Assembly (NCBI GenBank): GCA_918797485.1
Contig: CAKKNE010000005.1
Coordinates: 806,001 to 870,000, forward strand
Length of the DNA stretch: 64,000 nucleotides
Reading direction: 5' to 3'
Source: Pelagomonas calceolata
Lineage: Eukaryota
A model generated the notes under the pieces. It saw only the letters and a program-made list of their open reading frames with translations, made no database searches and was not told the origin of the DNA. How positions within the stretch are numbered: the stretch's first letter is position 1; every line of letters begins with the position of its first letter. This document shows, piece after piece, positions 22,790-33,047 of the stretch. A program made the translations under genes and the position numbers.

Positions 22790-24994
22790 ATGCCGGCCCG
22801 CCCCCCGCCAAAAATGATCGTCGAGATCGTCTTCGCCGACAACCGCACGGAGCACATCGAAGTCAGGGACGGCGACGACCCGAGCCAGTTGGCGCGCCAG
22901 TTCCTCGCCACCTACAAGCTGCCGGCCTCCTACGAAAAGGTACTCAGGGAGCAGATCGTGGCAAGCATCGCCGAGGACGAGCGGCAGCGCCAGCTCCAAA
23001 AACCAGCCCAGGACGACGACGACGAGGGCGCCGTGAGTCCGGACGACGACGAGGACGCCTACAACGCGGCGCGCCAGTCCTTTTCCGCGGCGCAGACCAA
23101 ACCTAGAGTCAAAAGAGCTTCCCTAGTGTGGCGGAGCGGCAAGCAAGGAGCTACGAAAGTTTTACCTCGGAGGCAGCGAGAAACGTGTGCGCGCTTACAT
23201 AGAGACGCGGCGAGACAACGAAGACGACGCGAGAAGACGAGGCGAGAGCTCGATCGAGAAGAGGACAAATCTCATCGAAGTTTCAAGGTGAGAGGCCACT
23301 CGACGCGACTCCTCCAGGCGTCGCGCGGCGAAGTGCACGCGCGGCTCTACGAAGAGCACGCCGCCATCGAACAGGCCAAGGAGAAGGCGCGGCAGCTGGC
23401 CGACGACTACGCGCGGCGGAGAGGTGCTAATTCAGCACAAGATATGGCTGATTGGAGTTGTGCCAAATGCGGTCAGCTCAATAGCTGGAGGGACGACACG
23501 TGTCAAAGAGTTGCTGGTACTAGAGTATCATTAATGGACGCCTGCGAGTCGTCGTGGGCCTGGGCGCGGCACGACGACGCGTGTGGGTCGAAAGTGGGCG
23601 GTCCCCAAAACGTTTTGAGATGCGGCGAACCTAGACCGAGAGAAGTGGGCAGGCCGACGATCTGCGCTCCCAAGTCTCGCAAGCTCATAGACAAGTGGAG
23701 GAAAACAGGAGAGAAGGCCGCTTCCAAGAATGGCCGAGAAGACGTCTGGGAAGATCTTTATAGGCATGCTTTTGAACCCGCTTGTGAACGACCGGTAGCT
23801 ATCGATCACGAGGAGGCGGAGTTGACCTTCGCCCCGCAGATCGATCCGCATTCTCGCGCGATTGTGCGGGAGCGCCAGGTCGTCGCTGCGGTCTTGGAGA
23901 CTTTAGCGAGAGCCGATGCAGCACGTGATGCGGACGCTCGGACACGAGGTAGGGCCGCTGCCGAGGCGGCCTACGCCGCCGCCTTGGCTCGGCGGCCGGC
24001 GGGCACGAAGGAAGACGTGTGTCCACCGGAGACCCACGACCGTCTATATGCCGACGCGGCCGCGAGACGAGCGTCTCGCGATTTTCACGAAGATCCAGTC
24101 AAGTCCGGAAGGTTCCCCTTCCGGCCGGACATCGGGGCCGCCGCTCTACGTTCTGGAACCAAAGACGCTACCGATCCCAGGAAGGCTCAACGAGCGCTCG
24201 ACGCGCGACTGGCGCGCGCGCGGCCGCCGTCGCAGCCCAAGCCGTCCGTAGATTATGACGAAGAGGAGGCCGGGCGCGTTCCTTTTGAGCCCAAATTTAC
24301 GACGCGCGGGCCCGTGCACGATCGGGCTCCGTTGCATGTTTCTCGTACTGCTGCGGCCCAACTGCGAGCTCGAGAGATCGCGGAGGCTCGTCGAAGGCGT
24401 AGTCGTTCGCACGTCAACGACCGCTCGAAAGCTTATTTGCACAATGCGCGTAGGAATGCCTACGCGGATCTGTGGCGGGACGTCGTCGCTTTGGACCGCC
24501 TGGCGACGAACGAGACGGCGCCCGTCGACAGCGCCCTGGACGCCGTCGTGAGACCGAAGCGTATTGATCAAGCAAGGTTGGGCAGGACGCCGCTAGCTCT
24601 AGCCGCGGCCGACGCGCTCGAACAGAAGTCCAACGGCCTCCTGGACTTTGAAAGTTTCTGTCGGGCGATGGACGCTAGGCTACCGGCCGCGGCGAACGGC
24701 CCGCCCACCTCGGCGCTGTTTCGACCGAAACAGTCCGAACCGAGGGACACGACGGCGATGCAGCGCGCGATGAAGGACGCTAGGGAAGCGACCTTCACGC
24801 CGAAATTGACGGCCGCCGCCGCGTCCAGCACGCGGCACGGTCCCTCAGTCGAGGACCACCTGCGCGCGCTCGGGGCGCGCTACGAGGCGGCGCGGCGCGA
24901 GGCCGAGCACGCGGCCCACGACGCGGAGCTCGAGGAGTGCACCTTCGAACCCCGCCTGAACACGCGGCGCGGGCCGCCGCCGACGCTCGAGTGA
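22790..24994 (+). CDS. uncharacterised protein with (T/P)FxP repeats and a RanBP2-like zinc finger
   Basis: 'WSCAKCGQLNSWRDDTC'; repeats LTFAP, FPFRP, VPFEP, ATFTP, CTFEP. Confidence 0.65.
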   Translation: MPARPPPKMIVEIVFADNRTEHIEVRDGDDPSQLARQFLATYKLPASYEKVLREQIVASIAEDERQRQLQKPAQDDDDEGAVSPDDDEDAYNAARQSFSAAQTKPRVKRASLVWRSGKQGATKVLPRRQRETCARLHRDAARQRRRREKTRRELDREEDKSHRSFKVRGHSTRLLQASRGEVHARLYEEHAAIEQAKEKARQLADDYARRRGANSAQDMADWSCAKCGQLNSWRDDTCQRVAGTRVSLMDACESSWAWARHDDACGSKVGGPQNVLRCGEPRPREVGRPTICAPKSRKLIDKWRKTGEKAASKNGREDVWEDLYRHAFEPACERPVAIDHEEAELTFAPQIDPHSRAIVRERQVVAAVLETLARADAARDADARTRGRAAAEAAYAAALARRPAGTKEDVCPPETHDRLYADAAARRASRDFHEDPVKSGRFPFRPDIGAAALRSGTKDATDPRKAQRALDARLARARPPSQPKPSVDYDEEEAGRVPFEPKFTTRGPVHDRAPLHVSRTAAAQLRAREIAEARRRRSRSHVNDRSKAYLHNARRNAYADLWRDVVALDRLATNETAPVDSALDAVVRPKRIDQARLGRTPLALAAADALEQKSNGLLDFESFCRAMDARLPAAANGPPTSALFRPKQSEPRDTTAMQRAMKDAREATFTPKLTAAAASSTRHGPSVEDHLRALGARYEAARREAEHAAHDAELEECTFEPRLNTRRGPPPTLE

Positions 24995-25229
24995 GTTTTT
25001 GAGAACCCCCCCTTCCCCCCGCCTAACGAGCCCCTGGTTTACTCTCGCGTTCGACGGCGTTGTTGCGGTTCTAGGGCTCGTAAACCCAATACCCCCACCC
25101 CTCTCGGCGCCGCGTCGCGCAGCGCGGTCGCGATCACGCGGCCGGCGCGTGCCCGCATCGACGAGCGCGGCGCGCGCGTGCGCGCTCGTCGCGAGCGCGG
25201 CGAGAATGAGAATTTCCAACAAACTACAG

Positions 25230-26336
25230 CTACCCCGTGCTATGTGCTACCGCTCGTATTGAGGCGCTTTTCACCGACACGCCGGTTCGTGTGCCCGAGG
25301 CTTGTTTCGCCACCGCGCGCTCAGTGACGACGCCGGGCGCCGCGTCGCGCTTGCGCGCGCGCGCGCAATAGCCCGTCGCAAAGCCGAGCAGCCGGTCAAG
25401 CTCGCAGTTGGGCTCGGCGTACACCGCCGCGAGCTGCTCCTTGAGCGCGTCGGTCACCTGCGCGCGCAGCGCCAGCGACGGCCGCGCGTCGTTCACGTGG
25501 ATCTCGGCGGCGGCCTTTAGCGCGTGCGCGCTCGCAAAGCCGCGCGCGCCGAGCGCGGGCACGCCGACAAACGCGAGCACGCGCGCGAGCCCGTCCGTCG
25601 CGTTCGCGTAGAATTGCTCGATCGGCACGACGAGGAAGCGCTCCCGCGGCACGCGCGCGAACCACGCGCGCAGCTGGTACACGTACAGCCCCTTGCCGAC
25701 GTGGCTCAGCGAGATCTGCTGGTGGTGGCCGTGCGGCGGCGGCGTGAGATACCGGTCAATCGGGCACGCGCGCACGGCGGCGCGGTCGCCGCCGCCGTGC
25801 GCCCGAAGGCACGCGCGCATGCCGCGCGCGAGCGCGGCGCCCTCCTCGACGACGCGGCGGAACGAGCGCGTCTCGCCGCCGCCGGCGCGCGACTTGAACT
25901 GCCACGACGAGACGGCGCGCGCGACGGGCTCGCGCAGCGTGACGAGGAACCGGCGGTTGGCGCAGCGCGCGGCAGCCGTCAGCTGGAGCGCGCCGCACAG
26001 GCACGCGGGCACGTGGTTCGCCTCGAAGAGGTACTCGGGCGTGTATTCCATCGACGCGAGCGCACCGGGCTTCGGGTTCTTGCGCAGCTTCGCCTGCAGC
26101 CGCCGGAGCAGCGCCTTCGCGTTCTTGACGTGCGCGCGGTGGTCGCCGTCAAAGACGTGCGCCTCGCCTTGCCCGCCTTGCCCGGCGTGCGACGTGATGG
26201 CGGGGTGTCGCGCGAGCGCTGCCGCGATCGAGGACGTCGCGCATTTGGACGAGCCGATGAAGAAAAACGTTGGCGCGTCGAGAACGTCAGACGCACACGC
26301 GGCGGCGAGCGCGAGCACGACCCGCAGCGTGCGCAT
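25230..26336 (-). CDS. secretory-pathway sulfotransferase (heparan-sulfate 3-O/N-sulfotransferase-like)
   Basis: 5'-PSB 'FFIGSSKCATSS', 3'-PB 'LREPVARAVSSW', 'GLYVYQLRAWF'; signal peptide from ATG 26336. Confidence 0.85.
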   Translation of the reverse strand: MRTLRVVLALAAACASDVLDAPTFFFIGSSKCATSSIAAALARHPAITSHAGQGGQGEAHVFDGDHRAHVKNAKALLRRLQAKLRKNPKPGALASMEYTPEYLFEANHVPACLCGALQLTAAARCANRRFLVTLREPVARAVSSWQFKSRAGGGETRSFRRVVEEGAALARGMRACLRAHGGGDRAAVRACPIDRYLTPPPHGHHQQISLSHVGKGLYVYQLRAWFARVPRERFLVVPIEQFYANATDGLARVLAFVGVPALGARGFASAHALKAAAEIHVNDARPSLALRAQVTDALKEQLAAVYAEPNCELDRLLGFATGYCARARKRDAAPGVVTERAVAKQASGTRTGVSVKSASIRAVAHSTG

Positions 26337-26672
26337 GGTGACCGTTCGCGGCGGACGAGGGTACGCTTGGTCCTGCGAGCGCGCAGCGCGCTCGGCCTGG
26401 ACCAAGAGCCGGCGCGGCGGTCTCTAGGGTAGCAGAGTAACGGTAATCAAAGCGAGGGCCGCTTTGTGAGCGGAGGGCCCGGTCGCCTCGAAAAGGGCGC
26501 CGGAGAGCATGTTCCCAAGGTGAAGTCTGTTCTCAGCGGGTCTAGCCGCGTTCGCTGCCGGGCCGGCCTTCCCGGGACCGCCAGGGGGTAGGCTACGAGC
26601 TGCACGCAGCCTCCCAACGCGCGGCGTCGCGGGGGGCGCGCACGAACGCAACGCAGCCACGCTAGTGTAAGG

Positions 26673-26693
26673 CTAGTGTCTTACCGGCGCTAT
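26673..26693 (+). promoter_or_regulatory. CTAG-bounded intergenic motif copy (with an extra half-site at 26661)
   Basis: gctagtgtaa ggctagtgtcttaccggcgctat between divergent genes. Confidence 0.5.
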
Positions 26694-26869
26694 GTTTTAA
26701 CGTCGCTTGGCGCGGGATCTGAGCAAGCCAGTGCGCCCCCAACCGGCTAATACCTCGTCGCGGGCTCAGTCACAGCATCAGGTGTCAAGAAGCCAGCAGT
26801 CGCCACCGCTGCGACGCCTGTCGACGCGCCAGCCACCCTGCCCCAGCTCCCTGGACTCCACAGCCAGCA

Positions 26870-29015
26870 ATGAGCGGCCGCCGGCGCACGACTCAGTCGA
26901 GCGCCCCGCGCTGCACGCAGTCCTTCGGAGATTCATCGATCGAAAGCCCGACACCCACGAATGACGACCGCCAGCCGCTGTCGCAGACGGACAACCGCAC
27001 ACCGGTAGTTGAAAGACGACGGCGCCTGTCGGGCGCGGCACCGCTCCACAATTTGCGGAAGCCCAAGACGATCCACGACCGCGTCTACGGCGCCGTCACG
27101 TTGCCTGGTGTTTTAGTTGCTGCGATGGATACGAGCGAGTTTCAACGACTGGATAAGATAAGACAGCTCGGTGGCTCGTCCTTCGTCTTTCCCTCGGCCA
27201 CACATACGCGCAAGGAGCACTCCGTCGGGACGGCCCACTTGGCCTTGTTGGTCGTGCGGCATTTGCGCAATACCCAACCTGAATTAGCGATAGACGATTC
27301 CGACGAGCTGTGCGTCGGCCTAGCCGCTCTGCTCCACGACGTCGGCCACGGGCCCTACTCGCACATGTGGGAGCCCTTCGTTCGTAGATGCACTGGCGAT
27401 CAGAACTATTCCCACGAGGGCATGGGCGCTCGTTTAGTACGTCGAATCTGCACGCAAATCAAGCTCGAGGAGTACATTCCCGGTGTGAAGGTCGAGTTCA
27501 TCTGTGCCTGTATCGAAGGGCTTGCAGATGATGCAGACTGGCCGTTTTCACACCTCTCGGAGGACAAGCGTTTTTTATGCGACATCGTTTCTAACAAAAG
27601 AAGTGGCTTAGACGTGGACAAGTGGGACTACCTGAACCGGGACTCGGTATCTACATTAGGTGAAAGTTCATCAGGCGGTTTTGATGTCACAAGATTAGTA
27701 TCGGCGATCCGCGTCGTCAAGGGCCCGCAACGATGTGTGGGCGAGGTGGCGTTCGAAGAAAAGGTGGCCTTAGATCTCAATAGGATCTTCAAGCTGCGTT
27801 CAGAAATGCACCAGATGGTCTACCAGCATCGCGTGGCCATCGTCGCGGAGGCGATGATCACGGACGCGTTCCTAGCGGCGCATGACTCGGCGTTTCGGAT
27901 CACGGCTACTGGTGAAGACGGCACTTGTCGAGAGTTCACGCTCGGTGAGGCGGCTTCGGATTGCGGGGCGTTCACACCTGTGTGGAAATCAACCAGTGCG
28001 TCGGGTGCACCCGACAATTCTTCACTAAGTCATTTCTCGGCGATGACGCGGCCATCCTGGCTCGGCCGAGCGGTGAGGAACCGGCATCGCCACGCCATCG
28101 AGCAGGCGCCGCATCGATGGCGTGGAGGACGACGCGATGATTCAGCACGAACGCGCCGTAAAATTTTGATTTCCACAAAGGTTCACACAGCTGCGAGATG
28201 GTCTCTTGGAGACGCTACAGACCTCATCAGCTTCAGGTTTGGAGAGGACACGACGCATCTTGGAACGGCTCAACAGGCGGGAGTTCTACCAGGAAGTCGG
28301 TAGGGGTGCCATCCTGCCGACGAAGCCTCTTTGTAATGAGTGTTCTTCCGAGACAGAACCTAGGGACAGATACTGCAGCGCTTGTGGCGCGTCGACGGAG
28401 TCGCGCCGGTGGGATTTAGCAAGACGCTTCGTCAATGGTGAGGGACGGGAATGTTCTGTCGTCAAGCCCCAATTGCTGTCTTTATCCAAGGAGGACTGTC
28501 GAAGGGCTATATTAGATAGAGTAGAAGGTGATAGTGTAGAGGAAGACGATGTACTGGTAGGAATTACGGATATAAAGTACGGCTGGGGCTATCACGTACC
28601 GGACGCGCACCACGATCGGCTGTCGTGGGCGGTGCGCGACCCGCTCGCTCATGTATTGTTCTTCAACCCGAAAGATGATGTGGAAAGGGGCTACCTTATC
28701 CCTTCTGGAAAGTTGTCTCAATTAGCTCTACCGAAGTCGACGCATGAGCGGGTTTTGTATTGCTATTATAGGGGTGACCCGTCGAATACGGCGGCGCTAC
28801 GTGCCTTAACGGAGGCCTACGAGAAATATACGAAGTCGCTGCCGGGCGCGTGCGCGGCCGGCCGGTCGAACCCGACGCCGTCGCCCTTTTCGCGGAAACG
28901 GAGAATGTCGGGGGACGGGCCGCCCCTCCCGGTGATCGACCGTTCTGATCCGCGTATGCTGGACATGGACGACTGCCTGCCCCCCGCCAAGCGGTACCGG
29001 GCTAACGCGCGGTGA
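26870..29015 (+). CDS. SAMHD1-like HD-domain dNTP triphosphohydrolase (2 exons; intron 27970-28180)
   Basis: 'IHDRVYG...EFQRLDKIRQLG..FVFPSATHTRKEHSVG...LLHDVGHGPYSH...DVDKWDYLNRD...YQHR'. Splicing joins the two ORFs as 'AFTQLRDGLLETLQ'. Confidence 0.9.
27978..28180. mobile_element. introner-type MITE, 203 bp, 15-bp TIR, 8-bp TSD GTTCACAC
   Basis: gttcacac|ctgtgtggaaatcaa...ttgatttccacaaag|gttcacac. Confidence 0.93.
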
Positions 29016-29151
29016 CGCCGTCGACGCGCGCCGGACCGAGGCGGCAGACCGCGATCGCCTCGCGCGGCGAGGTAAGTTTTGAAATGTGATTTTGCCCTCT
29101 CTCTCTCTCATGCGCCGTCGCCCCTTCGGTGCTAGAGAAAAGTACCGGCTA

Positions 29152-31353
29152 CTATAAACTGGGAAACCCCGGCAGCACGGTCGATGGCGCCGCCGGCGCG
29201 AGCGGCAGCAAACATAAACCCGCCACGATGAGCGCCAGAGCGTAGACCGGCCGCCGGCCCTCCGCGTCCGTCACTTCATCGACGCACGGCGACTCCGGGT
29301 CCCGCTGCAGCCCGAAGACCCAGAGCAAGTGGAAGAGGAGGAGGTCGTCGCCTCCGAACAATGCTGCTAAACCGACGAATAACGTTGCGAATCCTTGCAA
29401 CCCTGCGCCTAGTGTCCGCCCATATGCGCTGAGGGCACATCTTCCGCCGTCGGTCCGACCTAACGGTAGCAAGGCCAGAGCGTTGATCGCGAGACCCGCC
29501 AGGCCCGCCACAACGAGAGGGTGCAAAGCCACGGAGACGTCGGGCGGCGCCGACAAAGCCGAGGGCGCGCCGATTGCTACAAGTAAACTCCCGAGCGCGC
29601 TCGACCGGATGGCAATCGCTGGTAACGCTGGCGCCGTTGCACTATCAAGTGGTAGAGCCGAGCCAATCAAAACAAATAAGATAGATAACGCCAGGCCAGC
29701 TAACGGTCCCGCGATGGCCGTATCAAACAAAGCGGATCTCGATGGGGCGTATTCATTGAGTTCATTGGAAGCGCCCAATGAGCCCGTCGATAATGAAGGG
29801 AGAAACACAGGTAAAGACCAGTCCACGCTTCCCCTTCGTGCAAGGACAGCGTGCGCGCACTCGTGCACGGCCAGGATCGCAAAAATACCAATGGCGATGG
29901 GCAGCACGCAGGCGAAGGCGCTTTCGTCCCCATCCTTTAACCGTTCGAAAAGCTGTTCGTTGCCCGCGCCGGCCGCCGCGGAGAAGGCAGCTGCACTTCC
30001 AGCGGTGCCTACTAAGCCAGCTAAACGCGTCGCGAGGCCTAATTTGCTCTCGATCTGCAGCGGTCGCGTTTCTGACGCTACGGCGATGATCACGGTAGGT
30101 CTACGAGCCGCCGCCATCAATTCGTTGGGCGGCGCATCTGGACTTCCGTCGGAGATGTCCTTGTCGAGCAGCGCGCGGTCTCTTGCGTCTTGCAACCTTG
30201 CTTCTACTTCTTCATCAGTAGGTGGGACGGGGTCCTCTAACGCAAATAATCGGTAGTCTTGTGGAACTTTCGCCTGACACGTCGCTAGTAGGTCTTTGGC
30301 CGCTTGATTCCGCGTCGAGCCGCGGAAAATAGCGCCCCGCTCACAGACGTCGACGGCGTCGCATCTAAACCCCTTTTCGTCGTCGAACAGCGTTTTTCTC
30401 AGCATGTCTGCCGCTTCCCTCGTCATCGTGAGCGGCGCGGCCGGGAATAACGAGTCAAGGGCCTCCTCGCAGGCGACGGACTCCGGCGTCACTTCTACTA
30501 CCTCTTCCTCCTCCTCCTCTTCCTCTTCCACCACCACGGGTTCGAGCGTGCCCTCGATGAAGGCTTCCGCTTCTTGCTTGGCTGTGCCTGTGTGGAAATC
30601 AAATTTCGGGCGCCCCACGTCTGCTCGATGGCGTGTAGATTCCACGCCATCGACGCGAGGTTGCCTCCATTCCTGCGTCTGCTCGATGGCGTTCAGGTTG
30701 ACGAAGGTCTCCGCAACAAATCTCAAGATAACTCACTGTTTGATTCCACACAGGGCTGTGCGCTCGAGACGCTGCCTGGCAAGCACGAGCTCGGCCTTCT
30801 GCGCCTCGAGCCGCAACTTCTCGGCCTCCAGACTGAGTAGAGAGGCCTCCTCCTTGTTTGATTGTTCTTCCACAGCACATTCTTCTGCAGTCTCACAATC
30901 AGAAATCAAGACCGGCCCCGCGACCGTCTTGACGACCTCCTCGGTAGCAATGGGCACGACGGCCTCCTCGGCCGCGGCCTCCGCCACGAGCTTGCGCGAG
31001 GCCTCGTCTCTACGTTCAAGTACTTTTGCTTGAAAATCGGCGTCTCTCAGAGCCGCCGCTTGCGCAGGATCAACCACCTTCGACGCTTCCTCCGTCGCGG
31101 CCATGGCTTGCAGCGCTTCTTCCTCCTCGCGCACGCGTCGCTGGCGCTCGGCGACCTCCTTCGCGAGGAGGAGTTCCGCTTTTTGCGCTTCGAGTTTCAG
31201 CGTTTCCGCTTGCAGTTTGAGGACTTCCGCTTCCGCGCTGCACTCCTCCGCTGTTACGCAGTCGTCCTCGGCTCGTAGCCGCAGCTGCGGCTTTGGCCTT
31301 GGCAGCACAAAGGCGTGCGCTGCCGCGAGGATTGCAATCACTTGCCAGCGCAT
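29152..31353 (-). CDS. plastid M50 (site-2/EGY-like) intramembrane metalloprotease (2 exons; GC-AG intron 30588-30761)
   Basis: 'AHA-FVLP' plastid leader; 'VHECAH', 'AIAGPLAG', 'NALALLPLGRTDGGR'. Splicing gives 'RLERTAKQEAEAF'. Confidence 0.88.
30588..30753. mobile_element. introner-type MITE, 166 bp, 8-bp TSD GGCTGTGC
   Basis: ggctgtgc|ctgtgtggaaatcaa...ttgattccacacag|ggctgtgc. Confidence 0.92.
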
Positions 31354-31553
31354 GATTGCTGCGTTGAAAAGGGGTTGCACGAGCTGCTGTTCCTCGCCTG
31401 GATGCAACGCTATGATGCCCAATGGCCGTGGAAGAGCAGCTCGATCCGCAGCTGTAAAAATACCCGCACGAACGCGCAGCGATCTTGTCAGTCGTGCACT
31501 TGAGCGTGCTCATGATTCTTATCTTCTTTTGACCACGGCCGCTTTTCTGCTTG

Positions 31554-31573
31554 CTAGTGTCTTTGTCCGCTAG
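31554..31573 (+). promoter_or_regulatory. CTAG-bounded intergenic motif copy
   Basis: ctagtgtctttgtccgctag, about 200 bp upstream of ATG 31353. Confidence 0.45.
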
Positions 31574-32068
31574 CTCTCCTAATTTTTTTGGACAGCATCA
31601 ACTTTGGTTACGCCGTGCCTATCCGATAACATCCCTACCGGACCGTCGCACGCGTTCGGTGTGCGCCCGTCGTGGCGGTAAATCGCCGGTCGGCCTTCGC
31701 GAGGATGGCAAAACTGCTCTATGTAATTATTTGCTCGCTCGCCTTTTGCAATGCGGAGATGGGCCGCCAGCGCCGATGGCGCCTGGAGCGTAGAAAAAAG
31801 GCCGCCGCCGCCGCCGCCGCCGCGCGGCGCGAGCGCGAAAAAAACGCGCCGCGCGACGCCGAGTCGACGAGCGACGGCACGATCGCGAATTGGAGGGTAA
31901 GAGTAATGGTGTCCTGTGTTTATCTGTCTGCCCGACGCGTAAAATCGCAACCCGGGGTTTCCCAGCCCCAGATCCTTCAGACGCGTTCAAGACGCGTACT
32001 TTACTGTTACGGTGCTAGGACTAGTGGGCGAAGCCCTGCGCGTTCGCTTGCAAGACGCTGTGCGCTTT

Positions 32069-32089
32069 CTAGTGTCTTACAACCGCTAG
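32069..32089 (+). promoter_or_regulatory. CTAG-bounded intergenic motif copy
   Basis: ctagtgtcttacaaccgctag, about 110 bp upstream of ATG 32202. Confidence 0.55.
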
Positions 32090-32201
32090 TAATCACACGG
32101 CGCAGATCTGCAAAGCTGACGCTGGCACGCAAAAGAGACCCTTAATAGACTCGTCGTCACTGCATAGATCGAGTATCAGGGCCATTTTGTCGGCTGCAGC
32201 G

Positions 32202-33047
32202 ATGGCGCGCCACACATTTGCAAGACTAGCTGTCTTTGCGCTCGCTGCAAGGCCTGCTGCCGGCCTGGCCCTTGATCGCCGCGCGGCGCTGCGCTGGAGC
32301 GCCGGTGCGAGCGCTGGTCTCGTCGCGGAGCAGGCGCTCGCCGCCGACGCGCCGGCCGCGGAGCCGCCCGCGGCACCGCCAGCCGCAGAGCCGAAGCCGG
32401 CCCCCGCGAAGCTTTTTGACGTGACGCTCCCCTTCAAGGGGAAAGACGTCCCTTTGTCAAAGTTCCGGGGCGACGCCCACCTCGTGGTCAACATCAAGAT
32501 GGACGACCCCGTCGCGGGCGCGAATTTCAACGCGATGCGGTACGCCGCGAAGGAGTACCCCGGGCTGCGGGTCTGGGCCGTCCCCACGGAGCAGGGCTAC
32601 TACGAGCCCGACGTGTCCGAGTTGGTAAGGGCCAAGGCCTACCAGCAATTTGGCTTCGGGACGTACCCGACCGCGGTGGTCTTCGACAAAATTGACGTTG
32701 TGGGTTCGACGCGGCATCCTCTCTACTCATACTTGGCCACATATCCCGACCCAAACGGCGTCGGGCGGCTGTCGCTGAACTTCGAGAAGTTCTTGCTCGA
32801 CAAGGATGGCCGCATACTGCGGAGGTATCCCCGGAAGTTCACGGCTTTTGATTTTGAGGCGGACATCAACGCGGCGACGAACGGTGAACAACTCCCGGCA
32901 CCCTCAGCCCAGTTCAAGGACGCCTGGGTCAAGGCCGCGAGCGACGCGAAGAAGGGCGAGTACTCCTTCCGGGGCAACTACAACGTCTGGGACCAGTCCG
33001 AGCCGTCGAAGGACTGGGACGGGCTGGCTGATTTAGGCTTTACCTAA
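32202..33047 (+). CDS. glutathione-peroxidase-fold protein lacking Cys, plastid lumen-targeted
   Basis: 'VPLSKFRG..LVVNI', 'VFDKIDVVG...HPLYSYL', 'NFEKFLLDKDG...RRY'; signal + RR leader. Confidence 0.8.
   Translation: MARHTFARLAVFALAARPAAGLALDRRAALRWSAGASAGLVAEQALAADAPAAEPPAAPPAAEPKPAPAKLFDVTLPFKGKDVPLSKFRGDAHLVVNIKMDDPVAGANFNAMRYAAKEYPGLRVWAVPTEQGYYEPDVSELVRAKAYQQFGFGTYPTAVVFDKIDVVGSTRHPLYSYLATYPDPNGVGRLSLNFEKFLLDKDGRILRRYPRKFTAFDFEADINAATNGEQLPAPSAQFKDAWVKAASDAKKGEYSFRGNYNVWDQSEPSKDWDGLADLGFT

Noticed and set aside
27970..28303. Shared peptide 'SAMTRPSWLGRA..RN.HRHAIEQA..RWRGGRRDDSAR' in ORFs 26870+ and 44314- as a new protein domain
   Set aside because: It is a translation of the introner DNA; splicing removes it and restores the conserved host proteins.
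32202..33047. Selenoprotein GPx with UGA readthrough
   Set aside because: There is no in-frame TGA at the catalytic position and the ORF is uninterrupted.
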